Source: Macrostomum lignano (lineage: Eukaryota). From it: DNA of 47,345 nt. Position 1 is the stretch's first letter; every line of letters begins with the position of its first letter. This document shows, in pieces, positions 21,577 through 35,522 of this stretch. The DNA is taken from positions 1 to 47,345 of the forward strand of contig NIVC01004394.1 in assembly GCA_002269645.1 (NCBI GenBank). Reading direction: 5' to 3'. Position numbers and translations under genes: made by a program. The notes below the pieces were generated by a model, which ran no database searches, had not been told where the DNA came from, and saw only the letters and a program-made list of their open reading frames with translations.

Positions 21577-22998
21577 ATGGCATATGGAAAGCAAAAGAAG
21601 ACAGGTGGAAAGAAAGGTGGAAAGAAGACAACGTAAGTCTTGAATATAGAAATCTCTACCTTTATTTTGTAGTTTTATTCGAACAAAAGTTATAGATGTA
21701 CTTGTATAAATATTACATTAGCTATTAATGAGCTTTAGGCACTGTCAATATCAAACCACCGTTCCCTATGCAGGGTGGATCCTTTCCTCAAGAAAGAATG
21801 GTACGACATCAAGGCTCCGTTCATGTTTGAGAAGCGAACCTGCGGCAAAACGCTGGTGACCCGCAGTGCTGGCACCCGACTGGCTAGCGACTCGCTGAAA
21901 GGCCGCGTCCTTGAAATGTCTCTGGGCGACCTCAAGACCAACGACAGCGACTCGGCCTATAGGAAATTCAAACTGCAGGTTTGTATTCTAGGCTTATTGA
22001 AACTGGACCTCTGAGTCTGCAGTAGAGGTGTCTGACTGTTGCGCCACACCACTCATGGTTTGACTCAGTGAGCGGCCACATTAATTTGTCACAGAGAGTG
22101 TACATGCCTGAAGATTAGAAAGTCAGGGTCGCTGTACACCCTGTGTGAGCCTGTGTATGAGTTTTGTATGAGGGTTGACCGCAGCCCTCCTGAGAGTATA
22201 TAATTATTATTTTATTTATTCCATTAATTTCACAGGTCGAAGTGATCCAGGGCAAGCACTGCCTGACCAACTTCTACGGCATGAACCTGACCAGGGACAA
22301 GCTCTGCTCTCTGGTAAAGAAGTGGCAGTCCACCATCGAGGCCAACGTTGACGTGAAGACGTCCGACGGCTATGTGCTGCGCGTCTTTGTCATCGCCTTC
22401 ACTAAGAAGCGAATGAACCAGATCAAGAAGCACGCCTATGCCCAGTCTACCCAGGTATGCTCTTAGTGTTTGAAGTAGGACTTTCCTTTTGGTTATGAAA
22501 TTTGATTTTGAGTAGTGCTGAGTAGTGCGTTGTGAATGTTGCAAATATGTTTGTTTCAAAAATATGGTCATCTTCATTCGCTCAGGCTCAAGCTCTACCA
22601 ATAATTTATGTGATTATTTGAGTTGGTACAGATTTCAGCTAGGCTGACAGTGCTCACATCGTAGCTTGGTAACGCTGTAATTCCAGATTCGCCGCATCCG
22701 CCGCAAGATGCTGGACATAATCAACAAGGAGTGCTCCATCGAGCTGAAGGACGTAGTCAACAAGCTGATCCCGGACAGCATCGGCCGGGACATCGAGAAG
22801 GCCGCCAGTGGCATCTTCCCGCTGCACGACGTGCACGTTCGCAAAGTGAAGGTGCTTCGCAAGCCGAAGGCCGAGCTGGGCAAAATCATGGAGCTGCACG
22901 GCGAGACTCTTGGCTCCGGGCCCAGCGCCGCGGCTGCCGCTGGCGAGAAAGTCGACCGGCCTGACGGTTACGAGCCGCCGGTGCTCAAGTCTGTCTGA
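21577..22998 (+). CDS. RPS3A: 40S ribosomal protein S3a (eS1); exons 21577-21632, 21774-21978, 22236-22454, 22687-22998 (263 aa)
   Basis: [104 protein letters not shown] introns in consistent phase; AATAAA near 23098 and 23145. Confidence 0.97.
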
Positions 22999-24599
22999 GT
23001 AGACTTATCAGCAGTTTGCTGTTATGAGGACATGAGGACTGACTGATTGAATATTAGCAGAGTCTTTGCCTACCTGCGCTTGCGAATGGGGTAGCAAAAT
23101 AAAGTCGGTGACGCCAAAGCCGCGGTGTCTTCAGTGTTTCTTGGAATAAAAAAAATTTTTGAAATATGCTGTCTTTGTTATAACAGGTGCAGTCTTCGTT
23201 ATTTTTGTGCTTCCTAGCATTAGAGACTTGATAAAGTTTGAGGTTGTTTTGAACAGCTAGAAATTTTGAAGACTTGATGTTACTGGGCTAGCTACGACTT
23301 GAAGTGGAACAGTTCGTGCATGTATTTATTTACGATGAGCATGCGACCAACTTAAAAAAGTAAAGGAAATTTCATCCTACACTTTCATTATAGTCTCCAG
23401 ATTGATAGCTTTATTTGCAATCTCGTTAGGCGGTCAGTGGGTAAATTAAAGCTATAAATTAGCTCAAATTAGAGGCTAGGGTAATTCCGCAACTGTCAGT
23501 CTGAGAAGAGCAACAAAATGACATGTTAGCGGCGTTGAATTTGACTTCAGTGAATTGTCTAATCGATGCATTGACCGAGTTGATTTGAAAGTAGCTAAAG
23601 TGCGCGAAGATGATGGATTGCTTGGATGGAGAGCACAAGGAAAAGCTCGATTGAAGTGGCAATTATTAGTTTACCTAACAGGAATTTTTCAATTGAACGA
23701 ATCAATTCTTAAAAGAAAAAACTATGTGTACTTTATTTGTGCGATTTGTCGTGGGACATTATTTTACTGTGTGTACATGAATATCCCTTTACTGCATACA
23801 GGACTCATAGAAAGAGAAAAAACCAAAGTAATGGCCTGAAACCATGAATTATTTAGGTGCGGCAAGAGGCTTGACAATATTCAGTCTGCATATCTGGACA
23901 CTTACATGTATTTTAGTGCAACGCAACGTTTAAAAAGCCTATGTATACACGCACGAGCGATATGACTGAACATAGCTATGAAATACATCTACTGCGAGGC
24001 GTGAATGCTACACACTGGCATATAATTTCGTGTTTTACAAAAATAAAAAGACAAAAAAGAATCCGAATTAATAAACCAGTGCATGCCAGCTGGTACTGTA
24101 GGTGAGACACAGTTTCGCTGGCGGCAAGATCCTTTTGCAATTTTTTTTCGCAAAAAGCTACGTAAAATATGGAAAATTTGTATAAACGCCCGTTTTTGCG
24201 TGTATATCGATTACATCAAATAAGTCGATTCTGATATGGTCAGGACTTCATGCACTCACGATGGTACATATGTGCATGCGTTTCATCCGACGCATTTTCA
24301 CGCAGTTTCATATTCTACCAAAATTAGAACGCATGGCTTACTTTAGATACAAATTGGAATTAGTTAAGAAGACGAGAAAAAGTACTTTATACGAATAAAG
24401 TTATGAAAAATCAAGAACTTAATCTCGCTAGTGAATGAAGATGGGCTTTGAAATACGCCCCAGTTCGGGTGCAGCGCAAAACAATTTTCGAGGGGAAATC
24501 CACGGAAATTATGCAAATTACGTATATAAACCGTTGCTTTTACTACGTAAGTAGACGCTTCTTAAAATAAGCCATCCGGCTAAACAATTTTGTTTAAAT

Positions 24600-27500
24600 T
24601 CAAACGAATCTCAGATGCTTGTTCAGTGGACCTCTGTGCTGCTCAGCGCAGCCAGGTGGGCTCTGATTGAGAGCGTGGCCGTGCTCTCCGCTGCCTCCTC
24701 CAGAAGCTGCTTTAATGACACCGCACACTTCTCGATTCATCAGCTCCAGCTGGATTGGGGCCTGCTTGTTTTGCTTTCGCTGCTGCTGCTGCAGGTGTCT
24801 CTGCTGCTGTTGCTTCTGCAGCTGCTGCAGATGGTGCTGGTGAGGATGATGAGGAATCGCCACAGCCGCTGCAGCTGCCCGCTGCAGCATGAGGTGTTTG
24901 GTTCGGTCCGAGTCGGACGAGTCAAAGCGGATCACCCTGGCGGGTGGCTTCTTCCGTCTCCGGATGGCGTACATCATGTTGCGGCGAAAGTTTCTGCTCC
25001 ACACGCAGTAGATGAAGAAATTGATGGCAGAGTTGAACAGAGTGAGCAGGGAGCCGATGGAATAAAGGTACGAATTGAACCACGTCTGATCGTCGAAGCT
25101 GGTATCCAGGAGGATGTGCCATACAGCACCGGGGATTTCCGTGGTCACAAACACGGCTATGATGACCACCAGCATTTTTGTTTCCTCGGTGCGTCTCGTT
25201 GTCTCCCGAGTAATCGCCGCTCGAATTCTCGACGCGATGAGTAGGCTGCGAATCAGTAGTATGTTGAACGCTGTGAGTACTAGCATTGGACCAACGGTGA
25301 GGAACAAAATGTACATTATCTTCTTGTAGAGCAGCATGTACACGAAGCCCAGGCGCTTGGGGTTCGGCTGAAGGATTTGGAGCTGCAGGCACTGATGCAG
25401 CTCGGACTTGTACTCAAACAGCAGGGGAATATTGTAGACCAGTGCCGTGCAGGTCACAGCGACGCAGTAGATGCGCGACCGCTGCGGGTTGCTGCGCTGC
25501 GTCGAGTAGAACGGATTCTGCACCACCATGTAGCGGTCCAGGGCCACCAGCAGGATGACCCAGTTGCGGCCAGTCCGAGCCACGCTGCCAAAGTACCACA
25601 GCAGCGGCAGCAGCGGCTGCGCTCCGGTGGTCGCGTGCAGTCTCGTCTGCAAGGTGACGCCGTCCGAAAGCTTGACAACTGCGCCCAGGCCCATGTAGAC
25701 AACATAGTAGGGCGCCGAGATCAGGATGAAGATTAGATCGACTGCGGGATGAGCAGCAAAGAGCATTATGAGAAACACTAGCAAAGTAAGTAAACGATTT
25801 CTCGAAGAAGCACCGTGATCTCGCCATGAATAGAATAGAACTCAGAATCTGCATAAAAGCCGTATTTGAACCCAGTGCAAGGTAGCCCAAGGCCCAGAAC
25901 TGCTAGCTGGTCTATCAGATTATGTTCAGCTGCATTTACTAACCGTTGCCAGCCCTCCTTAACTTGCGGCGAGTGGCTGACCCACCTGACCCACCATGTT
26001 TGCCATCGCAGCTCCATTCAAGACAGCTTGGCTGACCTATATTTTGCTCACCTTCTGTGCACTTTTGTGCAACTTTGTACTGCAACCACTGCAGAAATTT
26101 TTGCAGCATACATGTACTTTTCGGGCTCGTTCAATAGACCCTGCAAGCTTTGTGGTAGTTATGTGGCGGGGCAAGGAATCGAACCATGGGCCGTGAGGCA
26201 AAATCAGAGAAATGACCAGGAGCACAAGGCTGACGTCATTAAACTCGGGATAAGGGGTGATTGACAGCAACAAAGCAACAGTGTTTGAAGCATTATGGAG
26301 CATTCGCGTTGTAAAACTTGAAGTAACTACGACGAGCCGTGTTTCTACATTAATTAGTCGAGGCAAAATGCAGCACCATAATATTTCGTATCTTGTCAAT
26401 TGTGAGTCACTCTATCACACTGTCATTTGAACGGATTTTGGCAATGTCATTAAAGAGAAATTTCAGTCCGAACTCGCGGGGTTGTAAATACTTACATGCA
26501 GCAGCATGATATATTCTACACAGCAGTTGGGCACCCTTCGGCTCAATCAAAGCTGCCGGAAAATGGCAAGGAAGCTTCGTGTGCCAAGAAAATATCGATT
26601 TTCCTCCCAGTGAATAGCCGGTCTGAGAGCAGAGACGCTGCACTGGGTCTCCCAGGCCTGTGCGGCCTCTCTCTGCACTGTTGGGGCCGCCACTGTGTTG
26701 TTAAAGTTTGCCCAGTGTTAGGTTGACAAACAGTTCCCAGCAGTGGACCAGGGAAAGAGAGATGCGAGAGAAATCAGTCAGCCTTAGGAGCAACATGTGG
26801 ACCGCTGCCCGCCAGGTCCAGAAACAGAACACATTGGGGAAGGCTGAGGATTTGAACGGTGAGGCTGGTTTAGAAATGAAGATGCCTAAAATACAATAAT
26901 CCCATACAGCTTATGACTCACTCACTCACTCATCACTCGCTCACTCACTCACTCACTCACTCACTCATCACTCACCCATCACTCACTCACTCACTCACTC
27001 ACTCACTCACTCACTCACTCACTCACTCACTCACTCATCACTCATCACTCATCACTCACCAACTCACTTCGGTCTCTGTCCTAACTCAATGCAGTGAGGA
27101 GTGGCCAAACTCTAGCAGCCTTACTCTTCTGAGATCGAATCCCAAATTCACTATTTCGACAATATAGCTTCGCTTTTCACAATCAGTTTTAGACTATTAT
27201 GGTTTTGAAAATCACGTCATCCCTTTTTAAGTCATCTTTTTTTATTTCCGCTCGTCTCTCGCGTCTTTCCGCCATACGGCAACTGTTGACGGATTTTCAG
27301 ATAATCTTCTTCATTCGAAGTCTTTCAGTCCCGGAAGCTCAGGGCAGGTGCTAAGCCTTCCATGCAAATGGTAGCTATTAGAGGGTGGCAATAAAATTCG
27401 AGCTGTGCAACCCGAAGACTCGTAGAGCAGGTGCGTGGGCAGTTCTATCGCTGCAAAAGACTGAAAACTGCAAGCTAAATATTAGTTCTAGGAATCTAAG

Positions 27501-30500
27501 CAAACCCAACCTTTGCCTGGCCACGCGTGCCGTCTACAGCCTCAGTTGCAGTAGAAATGGCCAATATTTCATGAGGCCAACAGTGGATAATTATAGGCGC
27601 CCCTGTGTGCCTGTCCTTGGGGTCAGTTTTGCTTGTATTGCCCAGGCAGGGCTGCCCCAGCCTGCAGGCCTCATTAATCTGATTAGTTAGGCAGAGGACA
27701 GGGCGAAGCAGTGCCAGTAAGAAAGGCGAAGGCAGCGCGAGGCTTTACAATTGGAATAATAAATGGGGTGGAGGTGCGCATGTGCAGCCGATAAAGTCTG
27801 TCGCTTTATTAAATTATTGAGTGAATCGCATTGAGCGGCCTGCTGGCTTGTAAAGGCTGCAAATTAATTAATGGCAATCGGATGGTAATTAATGGCAATT
27901 TAAGTTGTTTAACTTGCGCTGTAAAACTTATGGCAGCTGCAATAAGACCCAAAGCGAGCTGATCCGTCAATGAAAATTCAAGTGACGCCTTGGACAAAAA
28001 GGGGAGGGAAAGAGGTAATGAAAATGATCAATGTGCATAGGCATGTCATTGTGACTTTAATTGATATCTTACAGACCCCGAGATTAAAAATTACCTTTTT
28101 GAAAAAGTGAACTGCAGCTAAATATGTTTCCGTTGTATAAAAAATCAAATTTCTTCAAGTCCTATTCCTTTCCAACTTCTTTAAGTCAACAGCGTGCAAA
28201 TTTAACTTTAACTAACTACAAAAAAAATCAAAAAATTAAAATCTGTATGTTCTCCCATTCAAAAATTGATAGAATTCTCGTTACTTTTGAAACAGAATTT
28301 TGAGGCCAGAAAGGTGTATACTTTATACCTTATTTAATTATAGTTTGGTCTAAAAATAGTCTATGGTCGCACCCACATTCTTCCAGTCCTACACTGAATG
28401 CTGACTTCGACACAAATGTCTATGGTACAAAACCATAATACCCGTGTTAGAAGGATGCTATACGCCCCCCACACGCTTCAGCCCTCACCAATATTGGTAT
28501 TCGAATATATAATAACTTATCGTAGTATAGCTGCTATCTTACAACATAATTTACGAACTCGTAGCTATGTAGCCACAAGCAGCAATGCTTTAGTGCAGGT
28601 AGGATGACAGACACTAAGCTAAGCATCACCTGTATCAACTGGCTTATGGGAAAATTTAATTTCCGACTCCACCGAAGTACCATTTTTGTCATGCGAATAT
28701 GGCTCTTTTCACCGCTAGTGGGAACAAATATCAATTGGGGCCTCTGCCTTATCTATTTGCACGCAATAAACTTGTCATGCTTTCTCAGGGAGCTTCAGCT
28801 CCGTCTAATTTCCTTTCTCGCACATGCTTTAGCTCTCAGTAACTTCTGCTTCTCGGAGTGAAGAGAGCGGGAGGAGCAGAGGGCAGAGGAAATGAAGTGT
28901 GACATTGAGGAGGACATCGGCGAGAAAGTGTAGGGGCTCATATAAGCCGGCAGCTCAACCACAATTACGGAGAAGGGATAGATGAAGAGTCGGAAGAAGG
29001 AAGTAGAAGGAAGAAAAAATGACTTGAGCTATCAAGAGAGTGTGAAGTATCTGCTTAAGCTGGGTTAGGGCTCCAGCTTAGAGAGTAGTGAGGAATAAGT
29101 AAAACTCAGGCTTTCTCATTGATGGAAGAGTGATTGATTGGCTATGCGAGAGTATTTTAAACTATAATCCTATCAGTATACTCTGCACTTATCGGTGGAA
29201 AACCGAAACTTTTGCAAACAGACACCCAATTCAATGATTTCCAGTGAGCTTTGGGTACTTCAGAATGCCGCTCTCAGTAGTACATTGGTTAATAACCAAA
29301 CTTATGGAAAATTTATACTTCCTTTGATAGGGAATAATAAATACATAATAAATACAGTGTATCCAAGACAAAGAGGGGAATAGCGGTGACCCACTGAGGA
29401 ATAATAGCGGTGACCCACCAAAGGATCAGAGGGAGGGTAGCGGTGACCCACCAAAGGATCAGATGAAGGGTGGCGGTGACCCACCAAAGGATCAGAGGGA
29501 GGGTAGCGGTGACCCACTGAGGGATAATAGCGGTGACCCACCAAAGGATCAGATGGAGGGTGGCGGTGACCCACCAAAGGATCAGAGGGAGGGTAGCGGT
29601 GACCCACCAAAGGATCAGAGGGAGGGTAGCGGTGACCCACTGAGGGATAATAGCGGTGACCCACCAAATGATCAGAGGGAGGGTAGCGGTAACCCACCAA
29701 AGGATCAGAGGGAGGGCAGCGGTGACCCACCAAAGGATCAGATGAAGGGTGGCGGTGACCCACCAAAGGATCAGAGGGAGGGTAGCGGTGACCCACTGAG
29801 GGATAATAGCGGTGACCCACCAAAGGATCAGATGAAGGGTGGCGGTGACCCACCAAAGGATCAGAGGGAGGGTAGCGGTGACCCACAAAAGGATCAGAGG
29901 GAGGGTAGCGGTGACCCACTGAGGGATAATAGCGGTGACCCACCAAAGGATCAGAGGGAGGGTAGCGGTGACCCACCAAAGGATCAGAGGGGGGGTAGCG
30001 GTGACCCACTGAGGGGTAATAGCGGTGACCCACTGAGGGGTAATAGCGGTGACCCACCAAAGGATCAGAGGGAGGGTAGCGGTGACCCACTGAGGGATAA
30101 TAGCAGTGACCCACCAAAGGATCAGAGGGAGGGATAATAGCGGTGACCCATCAAAGGATCAGAGGGAGGGTAGCAGTGACCCACCAAAGAATCAGAGGGA
30201 GGGTAGCGGTGACCCACTGAGGGATAATAGCGGTGACCCACCAAAGGATCAGAGGGAGGGTAGCAGTGACCCACCAAAGAATCAGAGGGAGGGTAGCGGT
30301 GACCCACTGAGGGATAATAGCGGTGACCCACCAAAGGATCAGAGGGAGGGTACCGGTGACCCACCAAAGGATCAGAGGAAGGGCAGCGGTGACCCACTGA
30401 GGGATAATAGCGGTGACCCACCAAAGGATCAGAGGGAGGGTAGCGGTGACCCACTGAGGGATAATAGCGGTGACCCACCAAAGGATCAGAGGGAAAGTAG

Positions 30501-31224
30501 CGGTGACCCACCAAAGGATCAGAGGGAGGGTAGTGGTGACCCACCAAAGGATCACAGGGAGGGTAGCGGTGACCCACCAAAGGATCAGAGGGAGGGTAGC
30601 GGTGACCCACCAAAGGATCAGAGGGAGGGTAGCGGTGACCCACTGAGGGATAATAGCGGTGACCCACCAAAGGATCAGAGGGAGGGTAGCGGTGACCCAC
30701 CAAAGGATCAGAGGGAGGGTAGCGGTGACCCACCAAAGGATCAGAGGGAGGGTAGCGGTGACCCACTGAGGGATAATAGCGGTGACCCACTGAGGGATAA
30801 TAGCGGTGACCCACTGAGGGATAATAGCGGTGACCCACCAAATGAACAGAGGAAGGGTAGTGGTGACCCACCAAATGAACAGAGGGAGGGTAGTGGTGAC
30901 CCACCAAATGAACAGAGGGAGGGTAGTGGTGACCCACCAAAGGATCAGAGGGAGGTTGACCTATTAAAGAATGTAAAAACGTTGAATGCAGCAGCGATGG
31001 TGGAACTCACAGACAGACAGAGCCATCAGCAGTACGCTCATTGAGGACCTTCGGACATCTCTCTGCAGTACCAGAATGGACAGAGCATTGAGCACCAGGC
31101 CCATGGTGAAGATCACAGATGACAAGCCAACGTCAGTCACCAGTATAAACTGGCGCTCCGAATCAGTAAAATGAATCTTCGGCGGACAATGCGTGCCATT
31201 TTCAACTGTCTCATTTGCCGACAT
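24600..31224 (-). CDS. Class A 7TM GPCR, FMRFamide/peptide-receptor-like; exons 31224-31011 and 25741-24600 (451 aa)
   Basis: Exon 1 MSANETVENG..LVLNALSILVL..MSVLLMALSV joins in phase 1 (GTGAGT donor at 31010, CAG acceptor at 25742) to give ALSVFDLIFIL. DRY in VALDRY; TM7 NSAINFFIYC; N-terminal N-glycosylation sequons; Q/H-rich C-tail. Confidence 0.9.
26916..27068. repeat. (TCAC)n microsatellite in the GPCR intron
   Basis: Directly visible, with a few TCA interruptions. Confidence 0.97.
29375..30955. repeat. Composite minisatellite of 33-bp (GCGGTGACCCACCAAAGGATCAGAGGGAGGGTA) and 24-bp (GCGGTGACCCACTGAGGGATAATA) units in the GPCR intron
   Basis: Both units share a GCGGTGACCCAC head and are interspersed irregularly; the long ORFs here are repeat translations. 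Confidence 0.95.
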
Positions 31225-32010
31225 GGCTTGGGAGTCGGATAGTTTTTCGGATCGTTGAATTTAAATGCAGAACAGTTTCGGTTCGAAGGTCACAAGGCGA
31301 GGTAAGGGATCGGGGCTTGGCGCTCTGACGATTGGGAAGGCAGGGAAAACTTATAGACCAAGCCTGCCCGTGTTGACTGAGGGCAGGAAAATTTGGGGTT
31401 GGCTGGAGACCACTGGCTTCCCAGCAAATCCCACTGGCTTTAGAATCCGATCATGCATATGGGAGGGGCAGGGAGAGGGCAAGTCTGGCTTATGGGGATA
31501 ACAAATTGTTAGCGTTGATCCTCGCCAGTTCGCTGTAGAAATGCACTTTGCAATCTCATCAGTTTTTGATTTCTGCTTTCATCTTTCAGATTTCTCACTA
31601 GGCTCTTCCATCTCCCCTCTTCTCCCTCTGCTGCAATCATTTTGTCCAGGAGCTTGAGAGACCCCGGTAGCTACTCAATGCTGGGAACTTATCGGTTGGG
31701 CTGAGACTCGCTCGCGCGGAACTTAAGCTAGCCAAAGTATAAAAAAGTATGTTCAAAGCAACTCTAACATCGTATACAGTGTGCCAAAGAAGAGTAATGC
31801 CAATTGAAATGACGAATGACATCGTTTGACCTCTTCTGTTTGGCGACTTGGGGTTTTTTTCATTGGAATCACAGAGCCATTTGGCATCACGGGCCTAATT
31901 AACCCAGATACGACCGTACAAAAATTAAAATCTTCAGTAGCATTACTAAAAATAGTTTCTCAGAGGGCAAGATCCAATTGACTATAAGCTTATTGCGACA
32001 GTGTAGCGCC

Positions 32011-33420
32011 GCAGGGCGACTCTAGCGCTACAGGTGAGTGGGGCAGGTGAGTCTCTGGTGCCGCAGGTGAGTCTCTGGTGCCGCAGGTGAGTCTTTAGTG
32101 GCGCAGGTGAGTCTCTGGTGCCGCAGGTGAGTCTTTAGTGGCGCAGGTGAGTCTCTGGTGCCGCAGGTGAGTCTTTAGTGGGGCAGGTGAGTCTCTGGTG
32201 CCGCAGGTGAGTCTTTAGTGGCGCAGGTGAGTCTCTGGTGCCGCAGGTGAGTCTTTAGTGGCGCAGGTGAGTCTCTGGTGCCGCAGGTGAGTCTTTAGTG
32301 GGGCAGGTGAGTCTCTGGTGCCGCAGGTGAGTCTTTAGTGGGGCAGATGAATCTCTGGTCCCGCAGGTGAGACTCTTGCGCTACAGGTGAGTCTCTAGTG
32401 CCGCAGGTGAGACTCTTGCGCTACAGGTGAGTCTCTAGTGCCGCAGGTGAGACTCTTGCGCTACAGGTGAGTCTCTAGTGCCGCAGGTGAGACTCTTGCG
32501 CTACAGGTGAGTCTCTAGTGCCGCAGGTGAGACTCTTGCGCTACAGGTGAGTCTCTAGTGCCGCAGGTGAGACTCTTGCGCTACATGTGAGTCTCTAGTG
32601 CCGCAGGTGAGTCTTTAGTGCCGCAGGTGAGTCTCTAGTGCCAAAGGCAAGACTCTTGCGCTACAGGTGAGTCTCTAGTGCCACAGGTGAGACTCTTGCG
32701 CTACATGTGAGTCTCTAGTGCCGCAGGTGAGTCTTTAGTGGCGCAGGTGAGTCTCTGGTGCCGCAGGTGAGTCTCTGGTGCCGCAGGTGAGTCTTTAGTG
32801 GCGCAGGTGAGTCTCTGGTGCCAAAGGCAAGACTCTTGCGCTACATGTGAGTCTCTAGTGCCACAGGTGAGTCTTTAGTGGCGCGGGTGAGTCTCTGGTG
32901 CCGCAGGTGAGTCTCTAGTGCCAAAAGCAAGACTCTTGCGCTACAGGTGAGTCTCTAGTGCCACAGGTGAGTCTCTAGTGCCAAAGGCAAGACTCTTGCG
33001 CTACATGTGAGTCTCTAGCGCTACAGGTGAGTCTTTAGTGGGGCAGGTGAGTCTCTGGTGCCGCAGGTGAGTCTCTGGTTCCGCAGGTGAGTCTCTGGTG
33101 CCGCAGGTGAGTCTTTAGTGGCGCAGGTGAGTCTCTAGTGCCAAAGGCAAGGCTCTTGCGCAACAGGTGAGTCTCTAGTGCCACAGGTGAGTCTCTAGTG
33201 CCACAGGTGAGTCTCTAGTGCCACAGGTGAGTCTCTAGTGCCACAGGTGAGTCTCTAGTGCCACAGGTGAGTCTTTAGTGGCGCGGGTGAGTCTCTAGTG
33301 CCACAGGTGAGTCTTTAGTGGCGCGGGTGAGTCTCTGGTGCCGCAGGTGAGTCTCTAGTGCCAAAGCAAGACTCTTGCGCTACATGTGAGTCTATAGTGC
33401 CGCAGGTGAGACTCCAGTGT
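32011..33420. repeat. 20-bp minisatellite (GCAGGTGAGTCTCTGGTGCC and variants), ~70 units with 40-bp higher-order dimers
   Basis: Blocks of alternating variant units (e.g. ..TCTCTGGTGCC / ..TCTTTAGTGGC; ..ACTCTTGCGCT / ..TCTCTAGTGCC). Confidence 0.95.
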
Positions 33421-35522
33421 CCCCAGGCAAGAATTTAGCATCCATCGGAAAAATCTTGTAGGTCCAAGTTTAGGATATGTCATGATCAAAGTCAAGGATA
33501 CCATGGCATCCGCATTTAGCATATACAAAAGCCCAGTTGGCAGCCCAAGAAAACTACCGCATAACCTAAAAGTATTTCTTTTAGTTAGAAAGAAAAGAAA
33601 ACGCAGAAAGAAAGATTTCTGTCTTCCAAGCTATATATATTTTCCTAGCGATTCAGCGCAAGGAATGGCAGCTAAGTATGGAAGCGCATGCGGTCGGACC
33701 TTCCAGACCCCAGCTAGCGCTTTGGCCCTCCGCGTCCACCCTTGACCGCGCTTGGCTTGGGGCTTGGGTTTCGGACAAACGTGTTCCAGAAAGTGCAAGC
33801 AGCACAGCCAGCTGCCCAGCAATTGTGGAAGAAGAAGCTGAGCTACTTCCCGCTTCTGAGTGGTCATATTTTTGCCTGATTTCATTTGCCCCACAAGCGC
33901 ATAAACTGCGCCGCCGCTTAGCCCAGCGCTATAATTTACAGCTGCGAGCAGGATTCCAGAGCAGAAAAGTCGAATAACGAGCCAACCGGATGTGAAAGTC
34001 GATCGCAGAAGCCCAGCGCATGCCATTGCCAATGCCACCGAGCTATATGTATACATGGGGAGGGGGTCGGAGCGGGATTAGAAAACTCTGGAGCTTATTC
34101 TTTTGCTGACGCGGGAGGGACTGGGGCTAGATTGCTTATTATATTTCTCAATATGCGTACATATATGTATATTCCGAGCATTGATTGAGAGCACTGCCAG
34201 AGGAATCGCAAATATGGCCGATGGAAGTCGCGCGATAAATTGGCATTAGGAATGCAAATTAATTTCACTGCCGGGACCTGACGCGTTCTATCGGCAGAAC
34301 GCTCCTCTAGTGGCCATTCGTATATACATATGCGCATTTTTGGCTTGTTTATTTTCCTAGTTTTGATTCTCCTCTTCTAGTAGATTCTCCCCATCCATGC
34401 CACCCTGACAGCATTGCTTTTGTCGATTCGGGTGGCTTTTTATCACTTGCAGGTGACGGGCAAGACGCAGCCAAGGCCCATCGCGTTCGGCATTATAGGA
34501 GCATTAGACACTATATCGTTAGCACGAGCACATTACATTACCTGAGCTGTTCAGCAGCTTCTAATGGGCTGCAGCTTCTTATTTTTGCATGTCAACAGCA
34601 AAGCCCTTCTAGAATGACATGCATCGCTTAGAGTGCTCTTCACGGTCCACTCTGCATTCGCGTGTGCGGGATACACGCGCTTATCCTCTTAGTTCCCCAA
34701 TTATGTGGTTCAATGAAGCCTTCACAATTAGTACATGTATAGCTTCTTTGGGAGCCCTGTGTTTTTTATCCGTATTCTGTTTGTTTAAGTAATTTTTTTT
34801 CGAAGAAATAGTAGTGCACACGAATTTATTTCTAACAGGCTGTTAAATATCCACTGAAACTAAAAATGAGTGGTCAGTAGCTAATGTAATCAGATTTTAC
34901 TATGCACTAATAATATTACTTAGCGAAATGTAAGGCTGCCAAAGTTCTGAATAAAAGGATAATTCGCATTTTTAAGACTGCATGTAAGACAGACAGTGAT
35001 GTCTGCTGGCCGTGATCAGAACCCTCTTATTGCAAAAATTCAATTTTAGACATTTTTATTCCTGCCACTGGTCTACTGGGGTTCCAGAAGTTCATTATAG
35101 AGCGTCGAGAACTCTCGGCTTCTCGAGCCGCAGCGCTGCACTTTTACAGGCGGCAGCGACTGCCAATAAGTTTGAGATTCAGCCTGGAATCTAATCAAAC
35201 CGTTTTGTTCATCAAGCCCGACTTGCTCACGACAAGCCCCGATTAGTTAGATTTTTTTGTCTGCACTGGCCTTCCCAAGTTGCAGACTCCTGTGAAGTGC
35301 ACTCAACAGTAAAGCCGATTCGTGCATGCATTATTACAGTGATCCCATGTAGCTGGCATATGTTCTAACTACTTTCTCATGCCAAGATGGTCTGCAGTAA
35401 AACCCTGCTTTGGGTCAATTTATTGAACACAACAGATCAAAGAATGGATTCAACAAACTTTGTACATGTAGATCAACCACAAAGCAAACACAACAGCTTT
35501 ATAGGCCTACGGCATGTGAACA

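Noticed and set aside
22609-22647. C/D box pair (GTGATTA...CTGA) in RPS3A intron 3
   Set aside because: Boxes are only ~27 nt apart, too short for a C/D snoRNA, and box C is imperfect.
24615-25890. Overlapping ORFs on other frames across the GPCR, and antisense ORFs over RPS3A, PHB1, EVI5 and RFX
   Set aside because: Shadow ORFs of GC-rich coding sequence.
31637-31822. Hydrophobic ORF resembling a GPCR transmembrane segment
   Set aside because: It lies upstream of the GPCR start, the receptor already has all seven helices, and it has no family motifs.
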